From assembly GCA_021796115.1 (NCBI GenBank), contig JAJYOP010000004.1, positions 4,680-68,679 on the forward strand: a DNA stretch of 64,000 nt, in the 5' to 3' direction. Under the pieces are notes generated by a model that made no database searches, had not been told where the DNA came from, and saw only the letters and a list, made by a program, of their open reading frames with translations. Origin of the DNA: a bacterium. Lineage in GTDB: Bacteria; Omnitrophota; Gorgyraeia; Duberdicusellales; 4484-171. This document shows positions 47,965 to 57,825 of this stretch, in pieces (positions within the stretch are counted from its first letter, which is position 1; each line of letters begins with the position of its first letter). The translations under genes and the position numbers were made by a program.

Positions 47965-48312
47965 ATGAGAGTAAAACAACAGCCAGCTTCCCGTGCAAGA
48001 AAGAAAAAAGTTCTGCAGATGGCAAAAGGCTATTGGGGCCGCCGTTCAAAACATTACCGCCGCGCGATTGAAACCGTCAGGCGCGCGCTGGTCTATTCTT
48101 ACCGCGATAGGCGGGCAAGACGCCGTGAGTTCCGCGCGCTCTGGATTACGCGTATTAACGCCGCTGCTCGCCAGAACGGGTTAACTTACAAGGATTTAAT
48201 TGCAATTTTAAAGAGTAAAAATGTCATGCTTTCCAGGGACATGCTCGCAAAAATTGCCGCGGAGCATCCAGCAGTTTTCGATAAAATCGTCAGCGAAATA
48301 AAAAGTAAATAA
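47965..48312 (+). CDS. rplT: 50S ribosomal protein L20
   Basis: MRVKQQPASRARKKKVLQMAKGYWGRR... Confidence 0.95.
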   Translation: MRVKQQPASRARKKKVLQMAKGYWGRRSKHYRRAIETVRRALVYSYRDRRARRREFRALWITRINAAARQNGLTYKDLIAILKSKNVMLSRDMLAKIAAEHPAVFDKIVSEIKSK

Positions 48313-48340
48313 GCGTAGTTTGAATTTGCAAAATTAAACT

Positions 48341-49369
48341 ATGGACGCAGAGGTTAGAAGATTAGAAGAAGAATTACAGGCGGATTTGCAAAAAGCAAAT
48401 ACTGCCGAAGATATTGAAGCTTTACGCGTAAAATATCTAGGCAGAAAAGCGGTAATCAATCAGCTTTTTGCAAAAGTCCCCAGTTTATCCGGCGAAGAAA
48501 AAGGCAAGTGGGGGAAGAACCTGAATCTTCTAAAAAACAAGATAACTTCCGCCATCGAAGAAAAAATTAAAGGTTTGGGCAGCGCCGAAGATAAGATTGA
48601 CCTAAGCTTTCCGGCAAAGAAATTCGATAAAGGAAGCACACATATTGTAAGCGTTGTCAGCCAAGAAATCTGTTCGGTTTTTGAAAAACTCGGCTTTACC
48701 GTAGTCGAAGGGACAGAAATCGAAAATGAGTGGCATAACTTCAGCGCTTTAAATATTCCGCTGGATCATCCTTCAAGAGATGCTTTCGATACCTTTTATC
48801 TCGATATTCCGCAAAAAAATGCCCAGAACGGAAAATTTTTGTTACGCAGCCATACTTCGCCGTCGCAGGCGAGGGTGATGAATATTATTAAACCGCCTTT
48901 GGCAGTGGTTTCTCCGGGAAGAGTGTATCGGCCGGACCAGGTTGATGCCTCACACTCATTTATGTTTCATCAGGTCGAGGGCTTTGCTATCAGCGAAGAT
49001 ATAAATTTCGCCCAGCTTAAAGGCGTACTTTTAAACTTTGTCCGGTTGTTTTTTGCTCCGGATACCGACTTACGTTTTCGTCCGCACTTTTTTCCTTTTA
49101 CCGAGCCATCAGCCGAAGTTGACATCTCCTGTTTTATTTGCAAGGGGAAAAAAGAAAAATGCAGTTTGTGTAAAGGCAAAGGTTGGATTGAAATTTTAGG
49201 CTGCGGAATGATTCATCCGAAAGTCTTAAAAAATTGCAACATTGACCCGAAAAAATATAGAGGTTTTGCTTTCGGCATGGGCGTTGAGCGGCCGGCAATG
49301 CTTAAATACGGCATAAATGATATCAGGCTTTTTTACGAGAATGATGTTAAGTTTTTGGAGCAATTTTGA
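48341..49369 (+). CDS. pheS: Phenylalanine-tRNA ligase alpha subunit
   Basis: Class II motifs (LLRSHTSPSQ, FRPHFFPFTEPSAE, GFAFGMGVER). Confidence 0.95.
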   Translation: MDAEVRRLEEELQADLQKANTAEDIEALRVKYLGRKAVINQLFAKVPSLSGEEKGKWGKNLNLLKNKITSAIEEKIKGLGSAEDKIDLSFPAKKFDKGSTHIVSVVSQEICSVFEKLGFTVVEGTEIENEWHNFSALNIPLDHPSRDAFDTFYLDIPQKNAQNGKFLLRSHTSPSQARVMNIIKPPLAVVSPGRVYRPDQVDASHSFMFHQVEGFAISEDINFAQLKGVLLNFVRLFFAPDTDLRFRPHFFPFTEPSAEVDISCFICKGKKEKCSLCKGKGWIEILGCGMIHPKVLKNCNIDPKKYRGFAFGMGVERPAMLKYGINDIRLFYENDVKFLEQF

Positions 49370-49372
49370 TAA

Positions 49373-49404
49373 ACGCAGATTCTCGCTGCGAATATCTGCA
49401 TTAA
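49373..49404. repeat. Family E word repeat, copy 2 (short)
   Basis: aacgcagattctcgctgcgaatatctgcatta. Confidence 0.6.
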
Positions 49405-49413
49405 GGTAAAAAT

Positions 49414-51396
49414 ATGAGGTTCAGTCTAAATTTTTTAAAAGAATTTTTGAAAGTCGATATCAAGACAGATAAGCTAGTATCTTTACTTACCATGGCTGGC
49501 TTGGAAGTTGAGCATTTCGAAGCAGTTGGTTCTGACTGGGTTTTTGACGTGGAAATTACTTCTAACCGCTACGACTGGCTTTCGATATTAGGTATTGCCA
49601 GAGAAGCGGCAGCATCTTTAGGCAAGGAAATAGAAGTAAAATATCCCAAGGTTACAAAAACACCGCTTTTAAAAACCAGAACCATAAAAATCGAATCACT
49701 TAAAGACTGCCCGACGTATGTGGCAAGAGTAATTAGAGGGATAAAAGTAAGCCCGTCGGATACGACGCTTAAAGAAAGAGTGGTAAATTGTAATATTAAT
49801 GCGATAAATAACGTCGTTGATATCACAAATTATTGCATGCTGAAATGGGGAAATCCCCTACATGCATTTGACGAAGATAAAATCGAAGGAGATATTTATA
49901 TCCGCCGCGCCAGGCAAGGCGAAAAATTTATCGGCATCGATGAGAAAGAGCGCGAACTCTGCCCGGAAAATCTGGTCATTGCCGATGACAAAAAAGTCAT
50001 TGCCCTTGCCGGAGTCATGGGCGCAAAAAATACCGAAGTTACGGAGTCAACCAAACATATCCTGCTTGAGGCGGCAATATTTTCTCCAATAGTCGTCAGG
50101 CATTCGCGCCGCGCCGCAGGCCTTGATACGGATTCCTCCTACCGTTTTGAACGCCAGGTTTTCGCCGGTTATCTTGAATACGCGTCTAGCGAAGCGGCAA
50201 ATCTGATTCTTGAAAAATGCAAAGGCGCGTTTTATGGTTATGCATTTTCCGGAAAAGCCATTTTAATAAAAGATAAAAACCTCACTCTTAAACTCAAAGA
50301 ATTAAATGAATACCTGGGAATCGAGGTTCCCAAGAGCAAAGTAAAGGGTATTCTTTCCAGCCTCGGATTTAAAGTCAAAGAATCAGGCAAGGGAGCTTTG
50401 TCGATTTCTATACCGGCGTTCAGACTCGATGTGAACGAGCTCGTCGATATTTATGAAGAGATTTCCCGAATCTACGGCTACGACAAAATCGAACCGCAGA
50501 TACCTCAAATTGCCCGGCCGCTGGCCAAAAATGAAATTTACGACTTTAAAAATAAAATAAGAAATTACCTTGTTCAACTTGGTTTAAAAGAAATCATTAC
50601 CTACAGCATGGAATCGGACGAGGCTTTAAAAGCGCTCGGTTACGATAATGTCATAAAAATCGTCAATCCTTTGCGTAAGCAGGAAAATGCCCTGCGGCCG
50701 ACACTGCTGCTTGGTATGATTGAGGCAATTACCTATAACCTTAATCGTATGCGGCAAGGTATGAGATTTTTTGAATTGGCTAATGTTTATGGCAGAGACA
50801 AAGACGGTTTTTGCGAATCGCCAGCCCTTTCAATCGGCGTAGCAGAGGAAGAAGGCGGATTTTTTTATGTTAAGGGAGCGCTCCTTGAACTTTTAAAAAA
50901 CTCAAACATAACTGAATTTTCTTTTGAAGAAAAATCTCTTGTCTCTTTCACAAATGCCCTTGAACTTTTTATAAATAATAAATATGCAGGTTTTATCGGT
51001 AAGCTCGATAACGAAACCGCGGATAAATTTAATCTAAAAAAAGATTTATTTTTCGCGCAGCTGGATGTAAATATTTTGCAATCGGAAAGTAAATTCAAAG
51101 TTTATTCGCCGATAAGCCAATATCCAGCGATTTGGCGCGACATCAGTATTGCTTTGCATAAAAATAAAAAATTCAGCGATGTGCTGAAAGTTATAAACGA
51201 GAAAAAAGAGTTTATCTCTGACTATCAAATCGTCGATACCTATAAAGGTAAAGATTTACCCGAAGATTTTGCGGCATTTTCTTTAAGAATTTTTTATCAA
51301 TCAGCCGAAAGAACTTTACTTTCCGAAGAGGTCGATAAAATTCATAACGATATCCGCAAGCGCCTCGAGCAGACAGAAGGCATAAAACTACGCTGA
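49414..51396 (+). CDS. pheT: Phenylalanine-tRNA ligase beta subunit lacking the OB-fold tRNA-binding insert
   Basis: 660 aa. The B1 segment (MAGLEVE) runs straight into VFDVEITSNRYDWLS. The B3/4, B5 and FDX-ACB-like C-terminal regions are present. Confidence 0.9.
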   Translation: MRFSLNFLKEFLKVDIKTDKLVSLLTMAGLEVEHFEAVGSDWVFDVEITSNRYDWLSILGIAREAAASLGKEIEVKYPKVTKTPLLKTRTIKIESLKDCPTYVARVIRGIKVSPSDTTLKERVVNCNINAINNVVDITNYCMLKWGNPLHAFDEDKIEGDIYIRRARQGEKFIGIDEKERELCPENLVIADDKKVIALAGVMGAKNTEVTESTKHILLEAAIFSPIVVRHSRRAAGLDTDSSYRFERQVFAGYLEYASSEAANLILEKCKGAFYGYAFSGKAILIKDKNLTLKLKELNEYLGIEVPKSKVKGILSSLGFKVKESGKGALSISIPAFRLDVNELVDIYEEISRIYGYDKIEPQIPQIARPLAKNEIYDFKNKIRNYLVQLGLKEIITYSMESDEALKALGYDNVIKIVNPLRKQENALRPTLLLGMIEAITYNLNRMRQGMRFFELANVYGRDKDGFCESPALSIGVAEEEGGFFYVKGALLELLKNSNITEFSFEEKSLVSFTNALELFINNKYAGFIGKLDNETADKFNLKKDLFFAQLDVNILQSESKFKVYSPISQYPAIWRDISIALHKNKKFSDVLKVINEKKEFISDYQIVDTYKGKDLPEDFAAFSLRIFYQSAERTLLSEEVDKIHNDIRKRLEQTEGIKLR

Positions 51397-51404
51397 TTTA
51401 TTTT

Positions 51405-51538
51405 AACGCAGATATTCGCAAATCTTCCGCCACTGATAACTTTTTATATGTGGGCGGCCTCGCCCCTGACGGAAACACAGATGGTCGCAGATAAATAATC
51501 TGCGAGAGTCTCGAGTTTTTGCGCGACAATCTGCGTTA
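51405..51538. repeat. Family E word-hairpin, copy 3, carrying module X in inverted orientation
   Basis: aacgcagatattcgcaaatcttccgccactgataactttttatatgtgggcggcctcgcccctgacggaaacacagatggtcgcag...caatctgcgttaa. Confidence 0.7.
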
Positions 51539-51555
51539 AACAAAAAGGAGAGAGA

Positions 51556-52209
51556 ATGTTAGAACTAAAAAGCAAATCATTAAAAAATATCGAACAAAAA
51601 ATGGAAGATATGGATGAAAATTCTCTGCGCTATCATGTGCTGGAAAGCGCGAAAAGTTTTAAAACTTCCTGGGTATCGCTCGGCAGAGCGCTTTACACCG
51701 TTTACAAAGATAAACTCTACAAAAATTGGGGTTTTAATACTATCGAAGGCTACAGCTTAAAAGAAATCGGCATTAAAAAACCGACAGTGATGAAACTGCT
51801 TCGTTCCTATTACTTTTTAGAAAAAGAAGAGCCGCAATATTTGACTGACGAATATACCAAAACCACCGATGCCGCAGTTGTTCCAAGTTATGAATCGATT
51901 GATTTATTAAGAAAGGTAAAGGACAACAAGGTTCTTGATGAAAAAGATTACGCCGATATCAAAAAGTCGATATTTGAAAAAGGAAGAGATGTTCAGGCAG
52001 TAAAAAAAGATTTAACCACGCTGATAAAGCAGCGCAAGGATATCAATCCCGAAGAGGAACACGAAAAACAGCGTATCATTACCGTAAAAAGATTTTTAAG
52101 CACGCTAAAATCAATGAAAAAAGAAATCGAAATCACCAAACTTCTGCCGCCCGCCCTGCTTAAAGAAACCGAAAGCCTGATTAAAAAATTAGAAGAAGAA
52201 TTGATCTAG
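51556..52209 (+). CDS. Hypothetical protein
   Basis: 217 aa, Lys/Glu-rich, with AAGGAG upstream. I recognise no family. Confidence 0.5.
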   Translation: MLELKSKSLKNIEQKMEDMDENSLRYHVLESAKSFKTSWVSLGRALYTVYKDKLYKNWGFNTIEGYSLKEIGIKKPTVMKLLRSYYFLEKEEPQYLTDEYTKTTDAAVVPSYESIDLLRKVKDNKVLDEKDYADIKKSIFEKGRDVQAVKKDLTTLIKQRKDINPEEEHEKQRIITVKRFLSTLKSMKKEIEITKLLPPALLKETESLIKKLEEELI

Positions 52210-52221
52210 CATAAGTTACTT

Positions 52222-52418
52222 GAAACTGATAAATTTTTTCGCTCAAGGGTCGATTTTTTAACGCCAAAGTTCTTTTATGCCTCGGCGGCTGCGGAACTCG
52301 CCCCGACTTTTGTCGGGGCTCAAACATCCTCGCCGTCCAAATGTATCCACATTTGGATACCATCGCCACAAAAGCTGCTTTGGCTAAAATCGTATTTCGC
52401 TCAAAAATTATCAGTTTC
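52222..52418. repeat. MITE-like 197-bp element with terminal inverted repeats and internal nested hairpins
   Basis: The termini are GAAACTGATAAatttttt ... aaaaaTTATCAGTTTC. The internal hairpins are gccaaag/ctttggc, ccccgac/gtcgggg and ccaaatgt/acatttgg. Confidence 0.45.
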
Positions 52419-52459
52419 ATTTCTGTCTTGTAAAATGGTATACTATACGAAGATGCACT

Positions 52460-52651
52460 ATGAAGAATAAAGATTTTAAAGACTTATTGATGAGCATTGA
52501 TCAAGCCAGAAAAATACATTCTAGCCGTAAATTGATTACTAAACAGGCAGAAAATTATCTTGATTCGGCAGAACAAAAAATCATAGAAAAGGGCGAAAAA
52601 CAATATCGAAAAGGCAAAGGCACTAACTGGAGAATGGTAAAACGGGGGTGA
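52460..52651 (+). CDS. Hypothetical small protein
   Basis: 63 aa. Its stop lies 3 nt before the next start (tgatggATG), which suggests coupling. There is no family call. Confidence 0.35.
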   Translation: MKNKDFKDLLMSIDQARKIHSSRKLITKQAENYLDSAEQKIIEKGEKQYRKGKGTNWRMVKRG

Positions 52652-52654
52652 TGG

Positions 52655-53749
52655 ATGAGTAGCCAACCAACAGAAAAATTTGTTAAAGTATTTAGTACTT
52701 TAAACCTCGGCGATATAGCACTCATCAAGTCCCTTCTTGATAACGCAAAAATACCATATTATGTAAAGGGGGAAAACTTCGGCACTACTTTCGGCCCGAT
52801 GGATGGCTTGAGTTCGATGGATATATTAGTTAGAGAGGACCGTGCCGAAGAGGCAAAAGTTCTTTTAAAAGATTTTATCTCGCCTAATCCTTCAGAAGAT
52901 GAGAAAAAATCTATGCCTTCGCCTGCCAGTAAAGCTAAAAATAAATATACCAAAATTGCCATAACATCAACATTGATTCTAGTAGCAATTTATATCATTC
53001 AAGATTATCATGCAAAAAACCTGGCAGAGAACTTTTTTAACAAAGGCCTAGAGTATCATAATGAAGCGGAACATGATAAAGCGATAGATGAATTCACCAA
53101 GGCTATTAAAGCGAACCATAAATTTTTCCAAGCCTATCTAAAGCGGGGGATTAGCTATGGTTATAAAGGAAACTACGACCAAGCAATATCAGATTTTAAT
53201 AAAGCAATAGAAATTAATCCAAAATATGCAAGTGCTTATGCCGCACGAGGATTTGCCTATGAAAAAAAAGGCAACTATGACCAAGCCATAGTAAATTTTA
53301 CAAAAGCCATTAAACTAAACTATAATTATTCGACCACCTACTATGACAGAGGCTTAGCATACTTTAAAAAAGATAACTATGACCAAGCCATCGCTGATTT
53401 TACAAATGCGATACAGATCAGGCCAAGTTTTGCCGAGGCATATGGCGGTAGGGGGTATGTCTATTATTTAAAAGGCAATCTTGATAAATCTATTGCAGAT
53501 AGTACAAAAGCCATAGAGCTTAATCCCAAGGAATATTTAGTTTACTATAACAGAGGGCTTGCGTATTATTCAATGGAGCAATATGATAAGTCGCTTGCCG
53601 ACTATACCAAAGCCATAAATATAAAACCAAATAAAGAATCCTATGAAGAATTTATCAAACATATACCCAAAAATAAGCCATCTGATGTTAAGAATGCACG
53701 AGAAGAGATACTTAAGCTTTTTAAGGAAAAATTAAATTTACCTCAATAA
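52655..53749 (+). CDS. DUF2007-like N-terminal domain, one TM helix, and a tetratricopeptide repeat protein
   Basis: The N-terminus is VKVFSTLNLGDIALIKSLLDNAKIPYYVKGEN. The TM helix is IAITSTLILVAIYII. There are about seven TPRs with the recurring unit GNYDQAIxDFxKAIxxNP. Confidence 0.75.
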   Translation: MSSQPTEKFVKVFSTLNLGDIALIKSLLDNAKIPYYVKGENFGTTFGPMDGLSSMDILVREDRAEEAKVLLKDFISPNPSEDEKKSMPSPASKAKNKYTKIAITSTLILVAIYIIQDYHAKNLAENFFNKGLEYHNEAEHDKAIDEFTKAIKANHKFFQAYLKRGISYGYKGNYDQAISDFNKAIEINPKYASAYAARGFAYEKKGNYDQAIVNFTKAIKLNYNYSTTYYDRGLAYFKKDNYDQAIADFTNAIQIRPSFAEAYGGRGYVYYLKGNLDKSIADSTKAIELNPKEYLVYYNRGLAYYSMEQYDKSLADYTKAINIKPNKESYEEFIKHIPKNKPSDVKNAREEILKLFKEKLNLPQ

Positions 53750-53794
53750 TTTTTCGTTAGTGGCAATTCGTTTCTAATTCGTGGATATTTGTGT

Positions 53795-54763
53795 TTAATC
53801 AGGAAGGTTGTCTATCAATTCAAGCATTGCGCTATAATTTTTTACACTGCAAATTCCGCCGCGTACCCTTGCCGAATGGGCGAATTGTTTTAAATACCAG
53901 AGGGCAACTTTGCGCATAAAGCCGATCTTTACCGCGTCTTTAACTTCTTTGTATCTATCTAAATATTCAAGGTGCTTTTTTAAAGTAGCCTTTCTTTCCG
54001 GCATGCTTATGGAGGCGGGATTTCTTCCATTAAGATAAGTTTCAATATCTTTAAATATCCACGGTTTTCCCAGCGCGCCTCTTGCCACAAGTATTCCGTC
54101 ACAGCCTGATTCCTCAAACATTTTCTTGGCCAACTGCGGATTAAAGATATTGCCGCTTCCAAACACTGGGATACGAACAGCATCTTTTACCGCCTTTATC
54201 GATTCGTAATCAACCTCGCCACTATAGCCTTGCGTCTTGGTTCTGCCATGGACAAATATGGCAGAAGCTCCGCTATGCGCGATCAGTTTTGCGGTCTCGG
54301 AAATTTCTTTTAAATCTTTCTTGGCGTAGCCGATCCTAATCTTAGCGGTGATTGGTATTGGCAAAGCCGCAGAAAGTTTTTTGATTATCTTAGATAAAAC
54401 ATCTTGGTCGGTTAAGAGGTATGCTCCGGTTTTCCTCCTGACGACTTTTCTTACCGGGCAGGCACAGTTTAGATCAAGAAAGGTGATATTTACCAAACTA
54501 ATAAGCCGCTCGGCGGCTTCAAGAAGTATTTCCGGGTCTCTTCCCAATAACTGCGCGGCTATCGGCATATCGGTTTCCAGGGTCTTGATTAGCCTAAGGC
54601 TGCGTTGGCGGTTATGGATCAGAGAATTAGCATCGATCATCTCAAAGAAGCAAAATTGCGCACCATGTTCACGACAAATAAGCCGGAGGGCCAAGTCAGA
54701 GCAGCCGGCCAGAGGAGCCAGAAATACATTAGTGTTAATAGCTTTTGTACCGATTTTTATCAT
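53795..54763 (-). CDS. dusB: tRNA-dihydrouridine synthase
   Basis: LAPLAGCSDLALR, DLNCACP and HGRT motifs. Confidence 0.9.
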   Translation of the reverse strand: MIKIGTKAINTNVFLAPLAGCSDLALRLICREHGAQFCFFEMIDANSLIHNRQRSLRLIKTLETDMPIAAQLLGRDPEILLEAAERLISLVNITFLDLNCACPVRKVVRRKTGAYLLTDQDVLSKIIKKLSAALPIPITAKIRIGYAKKDLKEISETAKLIAHSGASAIFVHGRTKTQGYSGEVDYESIKAVKDAVRIPVFGSGNIFNPQLAKKMFEESGCDGILVARGALGKPWIFKDIETYLNGRNPASISMPERKATLKKHLEYLDRYKEVKDAVKIGFMRKVALWYLKQFAHSARVRGGICSVKNYSAMLELIDNLPD

Positions 54764-54838
54764 GTTAAACCCAATTATTCAATCTGGATAAGGATATTTT
54801 ACTCTTCTCTTAAGTGCCGCAAATCGGCGAAAATTAAC

Positions 54839-54866
54839 TTGACTAAAAAACAAATAATAGTAAAAT
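54839..54866 (+). promoter_or_regulatory. Sigma70-like promoter of the acyl-CoA ligase cluster
   Basis: TTGACT (54839-44), 16-nt spacer, TAAAAT (54861-66). Confidence 0.5.
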
Positions 54867-54885
54867 TTTACTATTTAAATTTCAC

Positions 54886-54962
54886 TAATGAGGCCTAACA
54901 TTTCTCCAGGCCTCTATTGGCGCAGGAAAAATGTTAGGCCGAATTACCCTTGAGCGAAGGGG
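54886..54962 (+). ncRNA. GA-clamp hairpin motif, copy 3 (5' leader of the acyl-CoA ligase gene)
   Basis: TAATGAGGC-ctaacattt...aaatgttag-GCCGAATTA-CCCTT-gagcg-AAGGG. It ends 2 nt before the ATG at 54965. Confidence 0.5.
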
Positions 54963-54964
54963 TA

Positions 54965-56494
54965 ATGAAGCACGGTATTTCCATGAACATAAAAGAATTA
55001 CTTATTCAACAGGCCGCAAACTTCCCGCAGAAGGCCGCGATTATTTTTGAGGGTAAAGAGATAAACTTCTTTGACCTCAAAGAAAGAGCCTTCAAATTAG
55101 CCAATTATTTTACAAGCCTTGGCGTTAAAAAGCCAGATAAAATTGCGCTTTTTGCTTCAAACATTCCCGACTCCATATATTGCTATATGGCAACCTATTC
55201 TATCGGCACAACGCTTATCCCGTTCGATTACATGCTTACCGAAAACGAAATCATCCATTTATTGAACCACAGCGAAGCCAAAGTTTTGATTATGCAGCCC
55301 AAGAAAGATATTAATCTGGAAAACATAAGAGAAAATTGCTATAGCCTTAAGGAAGTAATCATTTTAAAAGAACGCCTTCTCAAGGAACCTTTCTTGGATG
55401 ATATTTTAGCGCAAAACTCAAGCGAGCCGCCGCTGGCTGTTTCAAAAGAAGAAGATCTCTCTTCAATATTTTACACCTCTGGTTCAACCGGCCACCCCAA
55501 AGGCGTTATGTTTTGTTACAGCCATTTAGATAATCCGGTTGAAACTATAAACCATTTTCTTGGCGTTTCCGAAAAAGATATATATCTAACCGGCGGGATT
55601 CCTTTTTCCCATGTCGGCGGCCTGAATTATATACTTCTAATGCTTCGTTTTGCTTCAACCATTGTTTTAATGGAAAGATTCCACCCTTTAGAATTTTTAA
55701 AAAATATAGAAAAATATAAAATTACAATATTCTGCATCGTGCCTTCCATGTATGTGGCAATACTGTCGCTTAAAGAATATGAAAGATTTAATTTATCGTC
55801 TTTAAGATACGCAGTTGTTTTCGGTGCGCCGTCGTCGCCGTTACTTCTTAGAAAATTTCATAATGCCTGCCCCAAAGCGATTGTCTTAAATGGATGGGGC
55901 ATGACAGAAACCGCAGCGCCCAACACTTTTTCTCCGCCGGATGAGAGCAAAATATCCAGCATAGGGAAATTTGGATTTAGAATGAAAGCAAAGATTATTA
56001 ATGAAGAAGGCGGAACGCTTTTTTATGGGCAAAAGGGCGAACTTTTAGTCAGCGGCGACGGCGTAATGAAAGGTTACTACAAAGAGCCAACCTTAAGCTC
56101 CGATGCTTTTTACGGAGAAGGGTGGTTAAGAACCGGCGATGTCGCTTATTGTGGAGATGACGGCTTAATCTATCTTGCCGGCAGGATAAAAGACATGATA
56201 AAAGTTTCCGGAGAAATAGTTTTTTCTTCGGAGGTAGAAGAAAAAATTCATCTTCATCCGCAGGTCGCAGAAGTTGCTGTAATTGGCGTAGCTGATGAAG
56301 TGAGGGGAGAGGTTCCAAAAGCCTTTATCGTACCAAAGGAAGGCCAGACTATCGATGAGAAAGAATTAAAAACTTTCTTAAAACAGCACCTCGCGCATTT
56401 CAAAATTCCGCGCCAATACGAATTTGTTAAAGAGCTGCCGAAAAATAGAGTCGGAAAAATCGATAAACAAGCACTTAAAAAGAGTAGAGAGTAG
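54965..56494 (+). CDS. AMP-dependent acyl-CoA synthetase/ligase
   Basis: YTSGSTGHPKGV, GWGMTE, and the C-terminal PKNRVGKIDK. The start is reset from the ORF-track TTG (54950) to the first ATG. The ATG at 54983 is an alternative. Confidence 0.85.
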   Translation: MKHGISMNIKELLIQQAANFPQKAAIIFEGKEINFFDLKERAFKLANYFTSLGVKKPDKIALFASNIPDSIYCYMATYSIGTTLIPFDYMLTENEIIHLLNHSEAKVLIMQPKKDINLENIRENCYSLKEVIILKERLLKEPFLDDILAQNSSEPPLAVSKEEDLSSIFYTSGSTGHPKGVMFCYSHLDNPVETINHFLGVSEKDIYLTGGIPFSHVGGLNYILLMLRFASTIVLMERFHPLEFLKNIEKYKITIFCIVPSMYVAILSLKEYERFNLSSLRYAVVFGAPSSPLLLRKFHNACPKAIVLNGWGMTETAAPNTFSPPDESKISSIGKFGFRMKAKIINEEGGTLFYGQKGELLVSGDGVMKGYYKEPTLSSDAFYGEGWLRTGDVAYCGDDGLIYLAGRIKDMIKVSGEIVFSSEVEEKIHLHPQVAEVAVIGVADEVRGEVPKAFIVPKEGQTIDEKELKTFLKQHLAHFKIPRQYEFVKELPKNRVGKIDKQALKKSRE

Positions 56495-56511
56495 AGAAAG
56501 GAGTAAAAACA

Positions 56512-57237
56512 ATGATGCAAAGAGATGTGCACTTACACGCTAAGGGTTTACTCGAATCGTTACAATTCAGGCAGGGAGATTTTGGGGAAATCGGCATAAT
56601 CAGCGGACAGCAACAAAGAGCCCAGAGATGCCTTCAATATCTGGAGAACCCGATGAAGAATTTTACTTTTTTAGGCTACACTTTCTGGACCGGCACATAT
56701 AAAGGTAAGAAAGTTACTGTCGGTAACGGCGGTTTTTACGCGCCGGACTCAGCATTTGTTACGGAAATTTTGTGCGTCGGAGGAATAAAGACACTTGTGC
56801 GCCTTGGTTCCTGCGGAGGGATGAAGCAGGAAATGACCGTCGGTGATTTTGTGGTTGTTGATAAAGTCATCAGGGGCGACGGCGCAACCCGTTACTACGT
56901 TAAAGATGATTTTATTCCGCAAGTTGACAAAGAGCTGACTCAAAAATTGGCAGAAATTTTTAAAAAACAAGGGACGGTTTACCAAGGTGCCTGCTGGACC
57001 ACTGACGCGATGTTTAGGGAGACCAAAGAAATCGTAAACCCATACATAGAAAAAGGCGCAATCTGCGTGGATATGGTAACCAGCCCGTTTATTACGGTAT
57101 CAAATGTTTATAAGGCAAAAGTTGCCGCAGTGCTGGTTGTTTCAGATAATTTGCTTACCGGAGAAATGGGTTTTGCTGACTTCCGTCTTTTTGATGCGGA
57201 AGAGAAGATGACTAAAACAGTGTTTGAAATAATTTAA
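56512..57237 (+). CDS. Nucleoside phosphorylase family 1 (PNP/UDP-type) protein
   Basis: VRLGSCGGM, VVVDKVIRGDGATRYY and CVDMV. AGGAG lies upstream. Confidence 0.65.
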   Translation: MMQRDVHLHAKGLLESLQFRQGDFGEIGIISGQQQRAQRCLQYLENPMKNFTFLGYTFWTGTYKGKKVTVGNGGFYAPDSAFVTEILCVGGIKTLVRLGSCGGMKQEMTVGDFVVVDKVIRGDGATRYYVKDDFIPQVDKELTQKLAEIFKKQGTVYQGACWTTDAMFRETKEIVNPYIEKGAICVDMVTSPFITVSNVYKAKVAAVLVVSDNLLTGEMGFADFRLFDAEEKMTKTVFEII

Positions 57238-57300
57238 CGCGGATTCCCGCAGATGAAAATCTGCGACCATTTGCGTTACATCTGCGAATACCCGCGTTAA
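57237..57300. repeat. Family E word-hairpin, copy 4
   Basis: aacgcggattcccgcagatgaaaatctgcgaccatttgcgttacatctgcgaatacccgcgttaa. Confidence 0.7.
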
Positions 57301-57318
57301 GGAAAGGAGATAAATAAT

Positions 57319-57582
57319 ATGTCCGATATGAATTGGAATCCAAAAGCCAAAGAAATTTTCGATAAAGTCATCAGCAATTTACCGCAGTTTCACCGCACTA
57401 TCGCGGAAAAACTGGTTAAGGAGTCAGCGGAAGAAATTGCCAAGGCCAAAGGGTTAAATAGCGTTGAAGAAAAAGAGCTTGTCGAAGCCTTCTTCAAAGA
57501 AATCCCTCCGGCATTTAAAGAGATGATGAAGAGACTGTTTACCAAGTTGAATATCGACTACGATAAATACGGAGTCTCGTGA
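57319..57582 (+). CDS. Small helical protein, possibly PCP_red-like (tentative)
   Basis: 87 aa, with WNPKAKEIFDKVISNLPQFHRTIAEKLVKESAEEIAKAKG. The family call rests on recollection only. Confidence 0.35.
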   Translation: MSDMNWNPKAKEIFDKVISNLPQFHRTIAEKLVKESAEEIAKAKGLNSVEEKELVEAFFKEIPPAFKEMMKRLFTKLNIDYDKYGVS

Positions 57583-57713
57583 AATTCCAAATCCCAAATT
57601 CCAAGCACCAAATAAATTCCAATGTTTCAATAACCAAAATTCCAAATAGTTTTGAACATTGGAAAATTGGAATTTGGAATTTATTTGGAATTTGGTGCTT
57701 GGAGCCTGGAATT
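57583..57713. repeat. Family D word-hairpin, copy 2
   Basis: aattccaaatcccaaattccaagcaccaaataaattccaatg...ggaatttggaatttatttggaatttggtgcttggagcctggaattt. Confidence 0.75.
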
Positions 57714-57825
57714 TAAATATGAACCCCGCCCTTCCAAAATAAACTATATTTATCTGGAAAAATATGGAAAGGTTGGGGCAAGACAAAGGTTTATTAGGAA
57801 AATGTTTTAAAAAAGGAAGGGCGGG

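Noticed and set aside
52181-52420. A 79-aa minus-strand ORF covering the MITE-like element.
   Set aside because: It is entirely repeat- and hairpin-encoded, and its start lies within the terminal inverted repeat.
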